Below are positions 11,188 through 19,765 of a DNA stretch of 64,000 bases, one piece after another. Under the pieces are notes generated by a model. That model had not been told where the DNA came from. It worked only from the letters and a program-made list of their open reading frames with translations, and did no database searches. Numbering within the stretch: the stretch's first letter is position 1; the number at the start of each line of letters is the position of its first letter. Position numbers and translations under genes: made by a program. Source of the stretch: Vulcanimicrobiota bacterium (lineage in GTDB: Bacteria; Vulcanimicrobiota; SpSt-956; JAKJGF01); NCBI GenBank assembly GCA_036746235.1, contig DAIOEN010000005.1:7879-71878 (forward strand). The letters are read 5' to 3'.

Positions 11188-11218
11188 AGTGAGTAGTGAA
11201 TAGTGAGTCAGTAATTAC
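11188..11218 (+). repeat. 7-nt tandem array (tagtgag tagtgaa tagtgag) followed by gtaattac palindrome
   Basis: Read directly. Same 7-nt periodicity and trailing (g)taat..attac hairpin as at 53315 and 62917. Confidence 0.6.
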
Positions 11219-11423
11219 CATGTTTTACTCATCCATAAATATTTTAGGACTTTTCATACAGGCTCTTAGTAACTCTGACTATTACCTACATGTATGAGTC
11301 CTTGATAGAGAAAGGATTTTATAATAAGAAAGTGTAAAACTTAAAACATATATATAAAAACCCTGTTGTCAGGCCACTCTAAAAAGATGTGAGTAATAGT
11401 CAGGTATTACTAATCTAATAGGA

Positions 11424-12221
11424 TCAGACAGTCCATCCCTTCCCATCCAGAGAATCCAGATATGGATCTTCTCCGAAAACCAAAATATTCCCACCCGGCG
11501 CATGAACTACATGGGGTACAATTTCTTTTGCAAGTTTTTCCGCTCCTCCATTGTTGAGAAGTTTCCGGAAATATCCTTCTTCTTCTGTATTCTGCTCTTC
11601 CAGAGGTTTATTTATATCATCTGCATCTCTTTTTTCTTCAGTAATATCAAATTCCAGTTTTCCTTTCATCCTGGCAGAAAAACCTTCTTTTCTTTCTACA
11701 TCAATAATACGGCCAGTTTCTTTCTCTACTTTTACTTTTGTATATGTGTCAGGACCAAGAAGACCGCCGTGGCCATCTCTATACTGTGTATATACGCCTA
11801 CTGTTTTTGTATTAAAGAAGCCTTCTTCTCTTTCTTCGTATTTTGACTCTCTCAGAGAATTTTTGACGTCAATTACACCTGTTTGAGTGAATTCTCCTCC
11901 TCCTGTAGCATGAGAATATCCGTTAATATATGAGTTTTCCATGTATCCATCCGGCGCTTCTTCTGTGCTTGTAATTCTGGCATATTTGGTATTTCCTGTC
12001 TCTGTATCATAAGATACTTCTCCGGCGTGAATGAGTCTGGTGCTCTCCGAATCGTAAGAAGTAATACGATTATTTGAACGGGAAGCTATTACCACTTCAC
12101 CTTTATTGAAATTAATGTCTACCTTATCATTATCAAATTTCTTTACTATTTCTATATCTTCTTTTACAGATTTTATGGTATTCTCTCCATATTTACGATT
12201 TTCATATGTCATATTAATTTT
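11424..12221 (-). CDS. hypothetical protein, one unit of the 'xETGxI' (PepSY-like) repeat family
   Basis: aggagg RBS before ATG 12221 (MKINMTYEN..). Motifs VSYDTETGNTKYARI and VKVEKETGRIIDVERKEG. N-terminus is collinear with 16524..18227. Confidence 0.7.
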   Translation of the reverse strand, partial: KINMTYENRKYGENTIKSVKEDIEIVKKFDNDKVDINFNKGEVVIASRSNNRITSYDSESTRLIHAGEVSYDTETGNTKYARITSTEEAPDGYMENSYINGYSHATGGGEFTQTGVIDVKNSLRESKYEEREEGFFNTKTVGVYTQYRDGHGGLLGPDTYTKVKVEKETGRIIDVERKEGFSARMKGKLEFDITEEKRDADDINKPLEEQNTEEEGYFRKLLNNGGAEKLAKEIVPHVVHAPGGNILVFGEDPYLDSLDGKGWTV

Positions 12222-12245
12222 CATTACAATCATCCTCCTTTAAAT

Positions 12246-12773
12246 TTATGACAGTGCTTCATTTAGGAGTCCGCCGCCGACTGATCCAAAAGCTCCTACC
12301 ACTCCAATGCCTCCTATAACACTGAAACCTACAGCCAGTGGATCTTTCGTTATTACTGCTGCTATTCCGGCTCCTCCACCTGCTATTGCACCTGCCAGTG
12401 CACTGGCAATTATCTGTTTCTTATTTCCTTTCTGTCTATCAGAGATCATTGCTCCCATCATTCCTCCAGTAAGAGCTCCTCCTGCTACTGTCATTACAGT
12501 GGCCACAGGCCCTCCAATCGAATAGAGTGCCCCTGCGGCAATCATACTGCCAATACCACCCAGAATTCCGAGAGGACTGAACAGAGGCATGGGAATTTCA
12601 GAAGGATCTTTGTCTGCAGAAGCTTTCTGTTTTTTTATACCATCCATAGAAAGAAATTCAGGTTTTTCTTCGGTCTTGCCAAGGATAACTTTATCTGTTT
12701 CTTCTTTTTTATCATTTTTTCTTAATAAGCCTGTATTTAATACCTGACTTGACGTTATATTTTTTATTTGCAT
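12246..12773 (-). CDS. leader + glycine-zipper membrane protein (175 aa)
   Basis: MQIKNITSSQVLNTG leader, charged linker, then ~110 aa Gly/Ala-rich hydrophobic region (GILGGIGSMIAAGALYSIGG..GGALTGGMMGAMI..GAIAGGGAGIAAV). Confidence 0.75.
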   Translation of the reverse strand: MQIKNITSSQVLNTGLLRKNDKKEETDKVILGKTEEKPEFLSMDGIKKQKASADKDPSEIPMPLFSPLGILGGIGSMIAAGALYSIGGPVATVMTVAGGALTGGMMGAMISDRQKGNKKQIIASALAGAIAGGGAGIAAVITKDPLAVGFSVIGGIGVVGAFGSVGGGLLNEALS

Positions 12774-12803
12774 TTTTTCTCTCCTTTTTCTTTAATTTAT
12801 TAT

Positions 12804-12906
12804 ACTATAGCATAATGTATTTTTTGTGAAACATAAAAGATGTTAACAAAATGTTAACGGGAAATGTATCTGTGAATAATGTAATAAAGACAGAAAATAA
12901 CGTTAT
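12804..12906 (-). promoter_or_regulatory. conserved regulon promoter module, copy C
   Basis: Minus strand: aacgtt 12899-12904, tgtct, gttaacattttgttaaca (12841-12858), 31 nt, tgc-tatagt (12804-12809). Confidence 0.75.
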
Positions 12907-13030
12907 TGTAATAAGGTAAATCCCTTTTACATATACAATCTAAAGGGCCATAAATTTACCTGATGTGGTAATCAATATTCATTTATAGTGTATATCATAA
13001 CATGTTAAAATTTACTGACCTGAGTACAGA

Positions 13031-13092
13031 CAATTTTAATGGCGTAAAATAAAGATTTAGATAAAATTTTATCTGGAGACAAATATCTAAGA
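13031..13092 (+). repeat. intergenic repeat family X, copy 2 (3' end interrupted by element Y1)
   Basis: caattttaatggcgtaaaataaagatttagataaaattttatctggagacaaatatctaa. Confidence 0.7.
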
Positions 13093-13100
13093 GGGTGTTG

Positions 13101-13222
13101 GAAAAATCCCAGAACACAATTAGTCATATTGTGGAGCCGGCTTCCATCCGGCTTGAGCTGGCATCTTGCCAGCTCCACAGGTGTTATTAAAATTTAAAAT
13201 CATATATTTTTCAGACACGCTC
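13101..13222 (+). repeat. repeat Y1 (~120 nt, GC-rich hairpins), upstream flank of the 13532..14620 cassette
   Basis: gaaaaatcccagaa..gagctggcatcttgccagctccacaggtgttattaaaat..catatatttttcaga. Direct repeat of 14620..14729. Confidence 0.75.
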
Positions 13223-13233
13223 TAAGAATATCT

Positions 13234-13334
13234 TAACGTTTTTTTTTGTCTAATTCTTATACTTTAAACTGTTTATACAGTTAACATATTGTTAATAAAT
13301 TATATGAATTTTTATATGATATATATGCTAAAAT
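13234..13334 (+). promoter_or_regulatory. conserved regulon promoter module, copy D
   Basis: aacgtt 13235-13240, tgtct 13247-13251, gttaacatattgttaata 13280-13297, 31 nt, tgc-taaaat (13329-13334). Confidence 0.75.
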
Positions 13335-13417
13335 ATAAATAAATAAAGACTGTAAAATATACAGGAAAGGAGATAATGATTATTATAATATTAGGATTTA
13401 CTATGAAAATAAGATAA

Positions 13418-13472
13418 TCCTGTCTCTGAATGGCATCTAATTCTCATATTTAGTTGTGACCGCTCAGGTTAT
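13418..13472 (+). repeat. repeat family Z, copy 1 (inside the ~190-nt leader of 13532)
   Basis: ..ggcatctaattctcatatttagttgtgaccgctcaggttatg. Related to 24078..24140 (-) and 55847..55907 (+). Confidence 0.6.
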
Positions 13473-13531
13473 GAAATTGAAAAAAATATATGTGCAAATA
13501 TAATTTTAGTTAATATGGAGGTAAAGCAATA

Positions 13532-14620
13532 ATGAAAGTAGAATTGTTAAAAACAGGAACTACTCAAACACAAAAAACAATAAATAATGTAAAAAAAGAA
13601 AAAGAAATTACTGAAATATATGATAATGATACTGTAGAACTTAATTCTAACAAAAGCGGAATAAATATGCCATCTATCACTCAGAGTAAAAATGTTTTCT
13701 TTAAATTTTTTCAAAGTGAAAAAAGTAAAGAAGAAGAAGCTTTCCGTAATGATGTTCTTAATGGAACCTATAAAGATTATTCTTTCTATGAACCTGAAAA
13801 AGTTCTTCTTAAAGATGGCACTGTAAGAGGAGTTAGTCGTAATTCATTTCTGATCGGTTTGGATGAGAAAACTCACAATTACAGGTTGGCAGGTGCTTTT
13901 TCAGGTATGACTCTTGGCCTGGCAGGATCGGCAATTTTTTTCCCGGGATTTCTTCTGGCATTTCCTATCTCTATTATCGCTGGATTAGCTATTGGAGGGG
14001 TTGCGGGAGATTTTATTGGAACAGAGAAAGTAGTAGAAGACTTTAACAAAGATAACAATGTAACTATTGATGATATACATCCTGAAGACAGGCGGGCTAT
14101 TTTTAGGATGTTTAGGATTGAAACGTCTGGGGCTATAGATAAAGATAGATATGTCATTACTGAAGAAGATTTTATTAAAGGAAAAGATTTTAAAGAAACC
14201 ACAAAAGAGTTAATAGATATATTCAAAAAAGTTGGAACTAATAGAATGTCCTACACTTTTGATATAAATAACAGAATTAAAGATATAGAAAATGATAAGG
14301 ATAGAAAGAATGTAAAAGATGCTATTTTTTCTTTTATGGATATACAAAAACCAAAAATTGATGGTTATAGAAGAGGTACACATATTATAGAAATTGCTAT
14401 ATACGTCTTTGATTATATAAAAGAAAATCCTATAAAAGGAAAGAGTAGTGTAGAATCTATAAATGAATTTTATGGACTCTTACAGAGCATGAAAGAACAG
14501 AAAGATGCTCTTCATCTTACATTAAAGATTTATAGAAATATTAAAGGTATAGAAAATGATAATGAAAGAGAATCAGCTAAAAATAAGATTTTAGCAGAGA
14601 GTAACCTCAAAGCATTTTAG
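13532..14620 (+). CDS. hypothetical membrane protein with central glycine-zipper segment
   Basis: 362-aa ORF with ggaggt RBS. N-terminus MKVELLKTGTTQTQKTINNVKKEKEITEIYDNDTVELNSNKSG is collinear with the 11424 and 16524 proteins. Central GAFSGMTLGLAGSAIFFPGFLLAFPISIIAGLAIGGVAG. Confidence 0.7.
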   Translation: MKVELLKTGTTQTQKTINNVKKEKEITEIYDNDTVELNSNKSGINMPSITQSKNVFFKFFQSEKSKEEEAFRNDVLNGTYKDYSFYEPEKVLLKDGTVRGVSRNSFLIGLDEKTHNYRLAGAFSGMTLGLAGSAIFFPGFLLAFPISIIAGLAIGGVAGDFIGTEKVVEDFNKDNNVTIDDIHPEDRRAIFRMFRIETSGAIDKDRYVITEEDFIKGKDFKETTKELIDIFKKVGTNRMSYTFDINNRIKDIENDKDRKNVKDAIFSFMDIQKPKIDGYRRGTHIIEIAIYVFDYIKENPIKGKSSVESINEFYGLLQSMKEQKDALHLTLKIYRNIKGIENDNERESAKNKILAESNLKAF

Positions 14621-14729
14621 AAAAATCCCAGAATATAATAAATATATGGTAGCTTCCAGCTGTCTTGAGCTGGAAGCTTGCCGTCTTCACAGGTGTTATT
14701 AAAATCATATATTTTTCAGATAACTCTCA
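14620..14729 (+). repeat. repeat Y2, downstream flank of the 13532..14620 cassette
   Basis: gaaaaatcccagaatataat..agcttccagctgtcttgagctggaagct..cacaggtgttattaaaatcatatatttttcaga. Starts within the stop codon of 13532..14620. Confidence 0.75.
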
Positions 14730-14821
14730 GATTAGAAAGAGATGTCTTTCTCATAATTTGATGCTCTTATGATGGTAATTTTTCTGAAAATCAAAAATTC
14801 TTTGAAATTTCAGATAAAAGT

Positions 14822-16330
14822 TTATCTTTCTTCAGGCTGATTTACAGACATTTTTTCCATAGTTTCTCCTATTGCTTTACCTGCTTTACCGCCCAGTCTG
14901 CTTCCTGCAGTTACTCCTGCTATGGCACCTGCAATGAGTCCAAGCCATCCTCCTACAGGACCTGCAAGAGCAAATCCTCCCATAACTCCGAGATATGGCC
15001 CTATAAATCCTCCTGCTGTGGCACCTGTTGCACCACCTGCTGCTATAGCAGCTGCCCTGTGCAGGCTTCCTGTTTCTCTAATGTCTTTGCTTTTATTTTC
15101 AAATGATACAGTTTCTGTATTTTCATTATTATTTTTACGCAATTTTCTCCATGGAAGTTTTGATAATATCATATTAATAACTTTACCTGAAGGACCTGCA
15201 ATAATTCCAATAGTATTTTCTATTACTGCTCCTGCCTGTTCTGCAGTAATTTCCTGTCTGTCTATTGCTCTGTTCAGCTCCTGTTTTGCACCATCTATGG
15301 CCATACCTGCCACACAGAATATTTTACTTGCAAAACAGAGTCCTGCCGCAAAATCCAGAGTGCCATTCATCCTGGATTTTACATCTTTTTCTCCTTTTGC
15401 CATTTCTCCAAGACCTCTGTAAACCTGTAGAAAACCTGTAATATAACTTATCATTGCCAGGCCGTTTTGAATATAAGGAATTTTTTCAAGATTTTTTCCT
15501 ATGAATTTTCCAGTTTCCCTGAAGGCTTCATTATCTATAAGCTTTTCAAAGAAATTACTCTTTTCCAGTTCCTGAAGTCTTGCATATTTTTCAGGGCACT
15601 GTGCTTTAAGTTTTTCAGGTTCTCTGTAGTAGTTGGAAAAACTCTCGGCAAAATCTTCCCATCTGTTTGTAGAAGCATATTTACTGATATAAGGAGGCTT
15701 TCCCCAGGCATACCCCTTACTTTCGAAGCCTATAGCACCAAAAAGTGATGTTTCGAAATCTCTTGTATGTCCTACTTCATGAATTATTACATGTTCTGCC
15801 CAGGCTTTTGAATAGTTTAAATATTTTCTGGAAAGATCTATGTGAGGTGATGATGGTATGGCATGGGCAAGACCTGATGCACCATCTATAAAAGGCTTCA
15901 TTGTTATGGTCTTCACTGAATTAATATCTTTAAGAGGAAGTTTATCCAGCGTGGAAATAAGCAGTTCTTTTTCTTCAGATGTCATATTGAGCAGGCCTGG
16001 ATAGATAAAAGATGGAAAAGCTTTTAATGTTTTAAAGAATTTTAATGATGTATTAACAGATTTTTTTACCATGTCATGTTCATCTATATATTCCGATGTT
16101 TGAATAGCAGTGTTTATAAAAGTATCTTTCCCGCGTTCGAAGCTTCCTTTTTCTGCTGATATTGTATTTCTTTTTTCAAAGTTTTCTTTCATTTCTTTTA
16201 ATAGATCGCCTTCTGTTACAGATAAGGAAGATTCAAGCGTTACAACATCTTTAAACTCTTTTTTTATATTATCTCCTGAAATTATGTCATTTATTTTTCC
16301 AGTACTGAATGATATATTATTTATTTTCAT
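14822..16330 (-). CDS. leader + HExxH zinc metallopeptidase-like domain + glycine-zipper C-terminus
   Basis: MKINNISFSTGK leader. HEVGH at nt 15767-15781, with downstream NRWEDFAESFSNYY as in M34/M90-type zincins. C-terminal AAGGATGATAGGFIGPYLGVMGGFALAGPVGGWLGLIAGAIAGVTAG. Confidence 0.75.
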   Translation of the reverse strand: MKINNISFSTGKINDIISGDNIKKEFKDVVTLESSLSVTEGDLLKEMKENFEKRNTISAEKGSFERGKDTFINTAIQTSEYIDEHDMVKKSVNTSLKFFKTLKAFPSFIYPGLLNMTSEEKELLISTLDKLPLKDINSVKTITMKPFIDGASGLAHAIPSSPHIDLSRKYLNYSKAWAEHVIIHEVGHTRDFETSLFGAIGFESKGYAWGKPPYISKYASTNRWEDFAESFSNYYREPEKLKAQCPEKYARLQELEKSNFFEKLIDNEAFRETGKFIGKNLEKIPYIQNGLAMISYITGFLQVYRGLGEMAKGEKDVKSRMNGTLDFAAGLCFASKIFCVAGMAIDGAKQELNRAIDRQEITAEQAGAVIENTIGIIAGPSGKVINMILSKLPWRKLRKNNNENTETVSFENKSKDIRETGSLHRAAAIAAGGATGATAGGFIGPYLGVMGGFALAGPVGGWLGLIAGAIAGVTAGSRLGGKAGKAIGETMEKMSVNQPEER

Positions 16331-16523
16331 ATATTTTCTCTCTCCTTTTTTCTAATGTCTTTTTCCAACTTCTACTCTGTGTGAAAAAAGCAATTTTACT
16401 TAAATTATTTATATCATCAATATTTTCAGTTTTTTCTTTCTTATTTAATATTATCTTATCTTCTCATAGAAACACCGGAACAGGCCAGAACTCTGTCACA
16501 GTAAGGAACAGAAATCCTCTGTA

Positions 16524-18227
16524 TTATCCTTTACGCTCCGGTACATAATATTCTGGAGATATTCTTTCGCTGTGCCACTGTTTTGTATCAATCAATGCAC
16601 CTGTCTCTCTGTTAAATACAGCTTTACCGGAATATATCTTTTCTTCTCTATATATTTCATTATTACTATAATATGGATTTCCATTTTCATAACCATATTC
16701 ATAGATGGATTCCTGATAACTATTTTTTGTTTTAATATACATGGATTCAAGATCTCCTGTTTCACTGTTAAAAGATACCTTTGCTTCATTTACTGACTCT
16801 CCATATCCACCTTCAACCATATTAATATATGGAGAATATTCTCCTCCCCACTGATTTATAAGTCTGGAAGAAGAATTCATTTCGATCCTGCCTGACTCGG
16901 GATTCAGATCTGCTTTACTGTTATCATACTTTAGTATTTCCTTCGATGCAATTTCAATTCTTCTTTTCATTTCGGAAGCAAATTCGTTCCTCTTTTCATT
17001 ATATTTAATCTCTTCTGCTTTTTTATCTTCTTTTAATTGATTTTCTCTTTTTTCTTTTTCTTCTTTTTTGAGATAGTCAAGATAAGCTGAAGGAGTAACA
17101 TCCTTTTCTTCGGAAAGAAAGGGCTTTCCCTTTTCTGAACTGTTATAATGTTTAATTTTGAGTATTTCTCCTGTCTCTTTATCTACTTCTACTGCAGTAG
17201 CCCAGACACATTCATATGATTCCCTGTTGAAATAAACAGATATTTCACGACCGGTGAAGAAATTTTTCTTTTCCTGATACCAGGAAACACCACTCGAAAA
17301 AGGACCCGGTAATCTTCTATATGTTGAAACCTTTCCTTCTTTAATATCTCCTGTAAGAGGATCATAAGAAAGTCTGGCATTTTTTACAATCCTGCGTGGA
17401 CCATATCCATATCTTCCAGTTATGTCATTTTCTCCTTCGAAATCTGTATTATCAAGTTTTATTTCCCCTGTCTTTTCATCTCTATCTTTACCTGCAGCAG
17501 AATTGATAGCTTCATTGCCTTTAGCATTATCATAAAGTTTTGCCAGTTCAAAATCATCTTTTACTCTTTCTATTGCATCAAAGGCTATGTTTAATTCTTT
17601 ATTAGTAAATTTACCTGTCTTGAATTCAGGGTCTGTCGAGTTTAATATTAATCTTTTTTCATCAATATTACTGAACTCTTTTCTTGCTTTTTTCAGAGCA
17701 GAATCTCCTTTTTTTATTTCTACATCAATTATATCTCCGGTTTTCTTATTTATCTCTACTCTGGAAAATATTTCTTTCTTATCTCTGTCATCCTGAAATT
17801 GTGTATATATACATTTATTTTTTTCTGCTATCTCTTCATATTTTGATTCTTTCAGGCTATAGGACAGATCACTTTCACCCTTTTCAAACCTTTCTCCTCC
17901 GCCTATAGCATAAAATACTCCGTCAATATATGAATTTTCCTGTCCCCATTCCCTTAACTGCTGTGAAGTGGATACTCTACCTTCTTTTATATCACCTGTT
18001 TCCGGATTGTACGACACTTTTGCACTGTAAAGTTTCTCTTTATAGTCTGTATCAATGATCTGTGTGGAAGCACCATAAGGATTATGAGTTATATCAACTT
18101 CCCCTTTACTGCAATTAATATCTACTTTATCATTATCAAAATTTTTTGCTATATCTAATTCTTTTTTTACGGAATCTATGGTCTGTTTTGCCTGAACAAG
18201 TTTTCCCTGTGATAAACCAATCTTCAT
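16524..18227 (-). CDS. hypothetical protein with three tandem ~190-aa PepSY-like 'xETGxI' units
   Basis: 567-aa ORF. Recurring VSYNPETGDIKEGRVST / LSYDPLTGDIKEGKVST / VSFNSETGDLESMYI and EINKKTGDIIDVEIKKG / VDKETGEILKIKHY / FNRETGALIDTKQW. Confidence 0.75.
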   Translation of the reverse strand: MKIGLSQGKLVQAKQTIDSVKKELDIAKNFDNDKVDINCSKGEVDITHNPYGASTQIIDTDYKEKLYSAKVSYNPETGDIKEGRVSTSQQLREWGQENSYIDGVFYAIGGGERFEKGESDLSYSLKESKYEEIAEKNKCIYTQFQDDRDKKEIFSRVEINKKTGDIIDVEIKKGDSALKKARKEFSNIDEKRLILNSTDPEFKTGKFTNKELNIAFDAIERVKDDFELAKLYDNAKGNEAINSAAGKDRDEKTGEIKLDNTDFEGENDITGRYGYGPRRIVKNARLSYDPLTGDIKEGKVSTYRRLPGPFSSGVSWYQEKKNFFTGREISVYFNRESYECVWATAVEVDKETGEILKIKHYNSSEKGKPFLSEEKDVTPSAYLDYLKKEEKEKRENQLKEDKKAEEIKYNEKRNEFASEMKRRIEIASKEILKYDNSKADLNPESGRIEMNSSSRLINQWGGEYSPYINMVEGGYGESVNEAKVSFNSETGDLESMYIKTKNSYQESIYEYGYENGNPYYSNNEIYREEKIYSGKAVFNRETGALIDTKQWHSERISPEYYVPERKG

Positions 18228-18392
18228 AATATATTTCTCCTCTCATATGTAATTTTTCAGATAAAATAATCTATACTTTTGCACTTTCTTAAGAAAGCCT
18301 TATTCCATCTTGCAGGGTGAAGCAATGCTTCGCCCCTACAGTGCAACATTTTTTTAAGATTCTGCGAAAGTATAGAATAATATAAAAAATTA

Positions 18393-19019
18393 TTATCCTC
18401 TCGGTGTATAATAAAGGGGAGGATTTCTGAAACATTTATTTTCCGTCATAACGGCATTTTTCTTGCCTATATTATTTAAAAGAACATCCCCTTCAGCCTT
18501 TATATTATCATAGCCACATGGTCTGACAGTAACTATATGTCCGTGGCCTTTACTTCTCTGTGCTCCGATTACAGGTAATCCCATGTTTGCAAGTTTCTGT
18601 GCTTTTTTACTGTCAACTTCCATCCAGTAGCCATCTTTTTCTTTAGCAGAGGTAGCCAGCTTTCTTGCCATAAGGTTTGCCGTATATGGTGTCCCTGTTT
18701 CAGGATGTGCCAGACCTACCTTTGAGTCTGTTATATCTATTCCCAGATCTTTAAGAGTATGAGCCACTCCTATATTACAGAAGGTTTTACCACTGTGAGG
18801 TGCAAGACTTCTGTCTTTTCTGGATTCATCCTGGGCCTTTACAAGAGACTCCATTCTTGCCTTTTTCAATTCCTCCTGAGATGGGAGAATATCTCTGACT
18901 GCATGATTGCTGGATGAGACTTTATTTTGCAAAGGTTTTTTAGTAATGGTATTACTATGCTTTGGAATAATGTTATTACTTTTCGGCCATGAAAATCCTA
19001 TAAATCCCGGTATTGACAT
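18393..19019 (-). CDS. putative papain-like (NlpC/P60-, CHAP- or Tae-type) Cys/His amidase, no signal peptide
   Basis: 208-aa ORF with aggagg RBS. Candidate nucleophile in GKTFCNIGVAHTLKDLG and His in SKGHGHIVTVRP. The assignment rests on motif pattern only. Confidence 0.45.
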   Translation of the reverse strand: MSIPGFIGFSWPKSNNIIPKHSNTITKKPLQNKVSSSNHAVRDILPSQEELKKARMESLVKAQDESRKDRSLAPHSGKTFCNIGVAHTLKDLGIDITDSKVGLAHPETGTPYTANLMARKLATSAKEKDGYWMEVDSKKAQKLANMGLPVIGAQRSKGHGHIVTVRPCGYDNIKAEGDVLLNNIGKKNAVMTENKCFRNPPLYYTPRG

Positions 19020-19085
19020 ATTTTTACCTCCTGTTTTTTATAAATTTAGAGTATCAGAAATTTTCATTTAGAAGTGATTATATAT

Positions 19086-19187
19086 ATTATAATAAAAAAA
19101 ATATCTGATGGCTTATGAAAAATGTTAATAAAATGTTAACAGGAAATAAAATTTATATATAGTAAATTTAGACAAAAATAAACGATA
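19086..19187 (-). promoter_or_regulatory. conserved regulon promoter module, copy E
   Basis: Minus strand: atcgtt (19181-19186), tgtct, gttaacattttattaaca (19123-19140), 31 nt, tataat (19086-19091). Likely drives 18393..19019, 16524..18227 and 14822..16330. Confidence 0.75.
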
Positions 19188-19360
19188 TGGATGGTATTTT
19201 TATCTGCCGCTACTTCAACAGTCCATTCTTCTCCGGATATATAGGTTTCACTGTAATCTTTTTTTAATGTCTGAATAGAATTAAGTATTTCATCATCCAT
19301 ACTTATAAAATCAGATTTATCGATTTTATTTTCAGCCCGGCAATTCTTCATCCCGTAAAT

Positions 19361-19432
19361 CATTTTTTATGGTGTAAATTAAGCTTTAGATAATATTTTA
19401 TCTGGAGACACTTTTATATAAATAATTTAACG
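19361..19432 (+). repeat. intergenic repeat family X, copy 3 (fused to promoter module F)
   Basis: cattttttatggtgtaaattaagctttagataatattttatctggagacacttttatataaataatttaacg. Confidence 0.7.
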
Positions 19433-19529
19433 TTTTTTTTTGTCTTATTTTACTATATTTACCTGTATATCTTTGTTAACATTTTGTTAATATTTTTCTT
19501 GAGCAGAAAAAAATATGTTTATGTATAAT
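19429..19529 (+). promoter_or_regulatory. conserved regulon promoter module, copy F
   Basis: aacgtt 19429-19434, tgtct 19441-19445, gttaacattttgttaata 19475-19492, 31 nt, tg-tataat (19524-19529). Confidence 0.75.
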
Positions 19530-19765
19530 ATAGATGAAATGTAAGAAACACAGGTTCTGCTTCTTATGTTTTTCCTGGAGAAAGTTATATGTTTCACCGG
19601 GAGGCTGTATATGAGTCAGAAGAATGTGATAAAAACCTGTGATCACCTCTATAAGAATTTTTACTGGCAAATAAAAATGTGTCAGAAATTCTGGATATAT
19701 TCCGTCAGGTTTGTCTTTTAAAGATTGAAAAAAATAAAATTATTAAAATGAAGGGAGATATTATT

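Noticed and set aside
19136-19363. 75-aa ORF between repeat X3 and promoter module E.
   Set aside because: Its last ~25 codons are read straight through the conserved promoter module E, and no RBS is evident. It is probably a spurious ORF or gene remnant.
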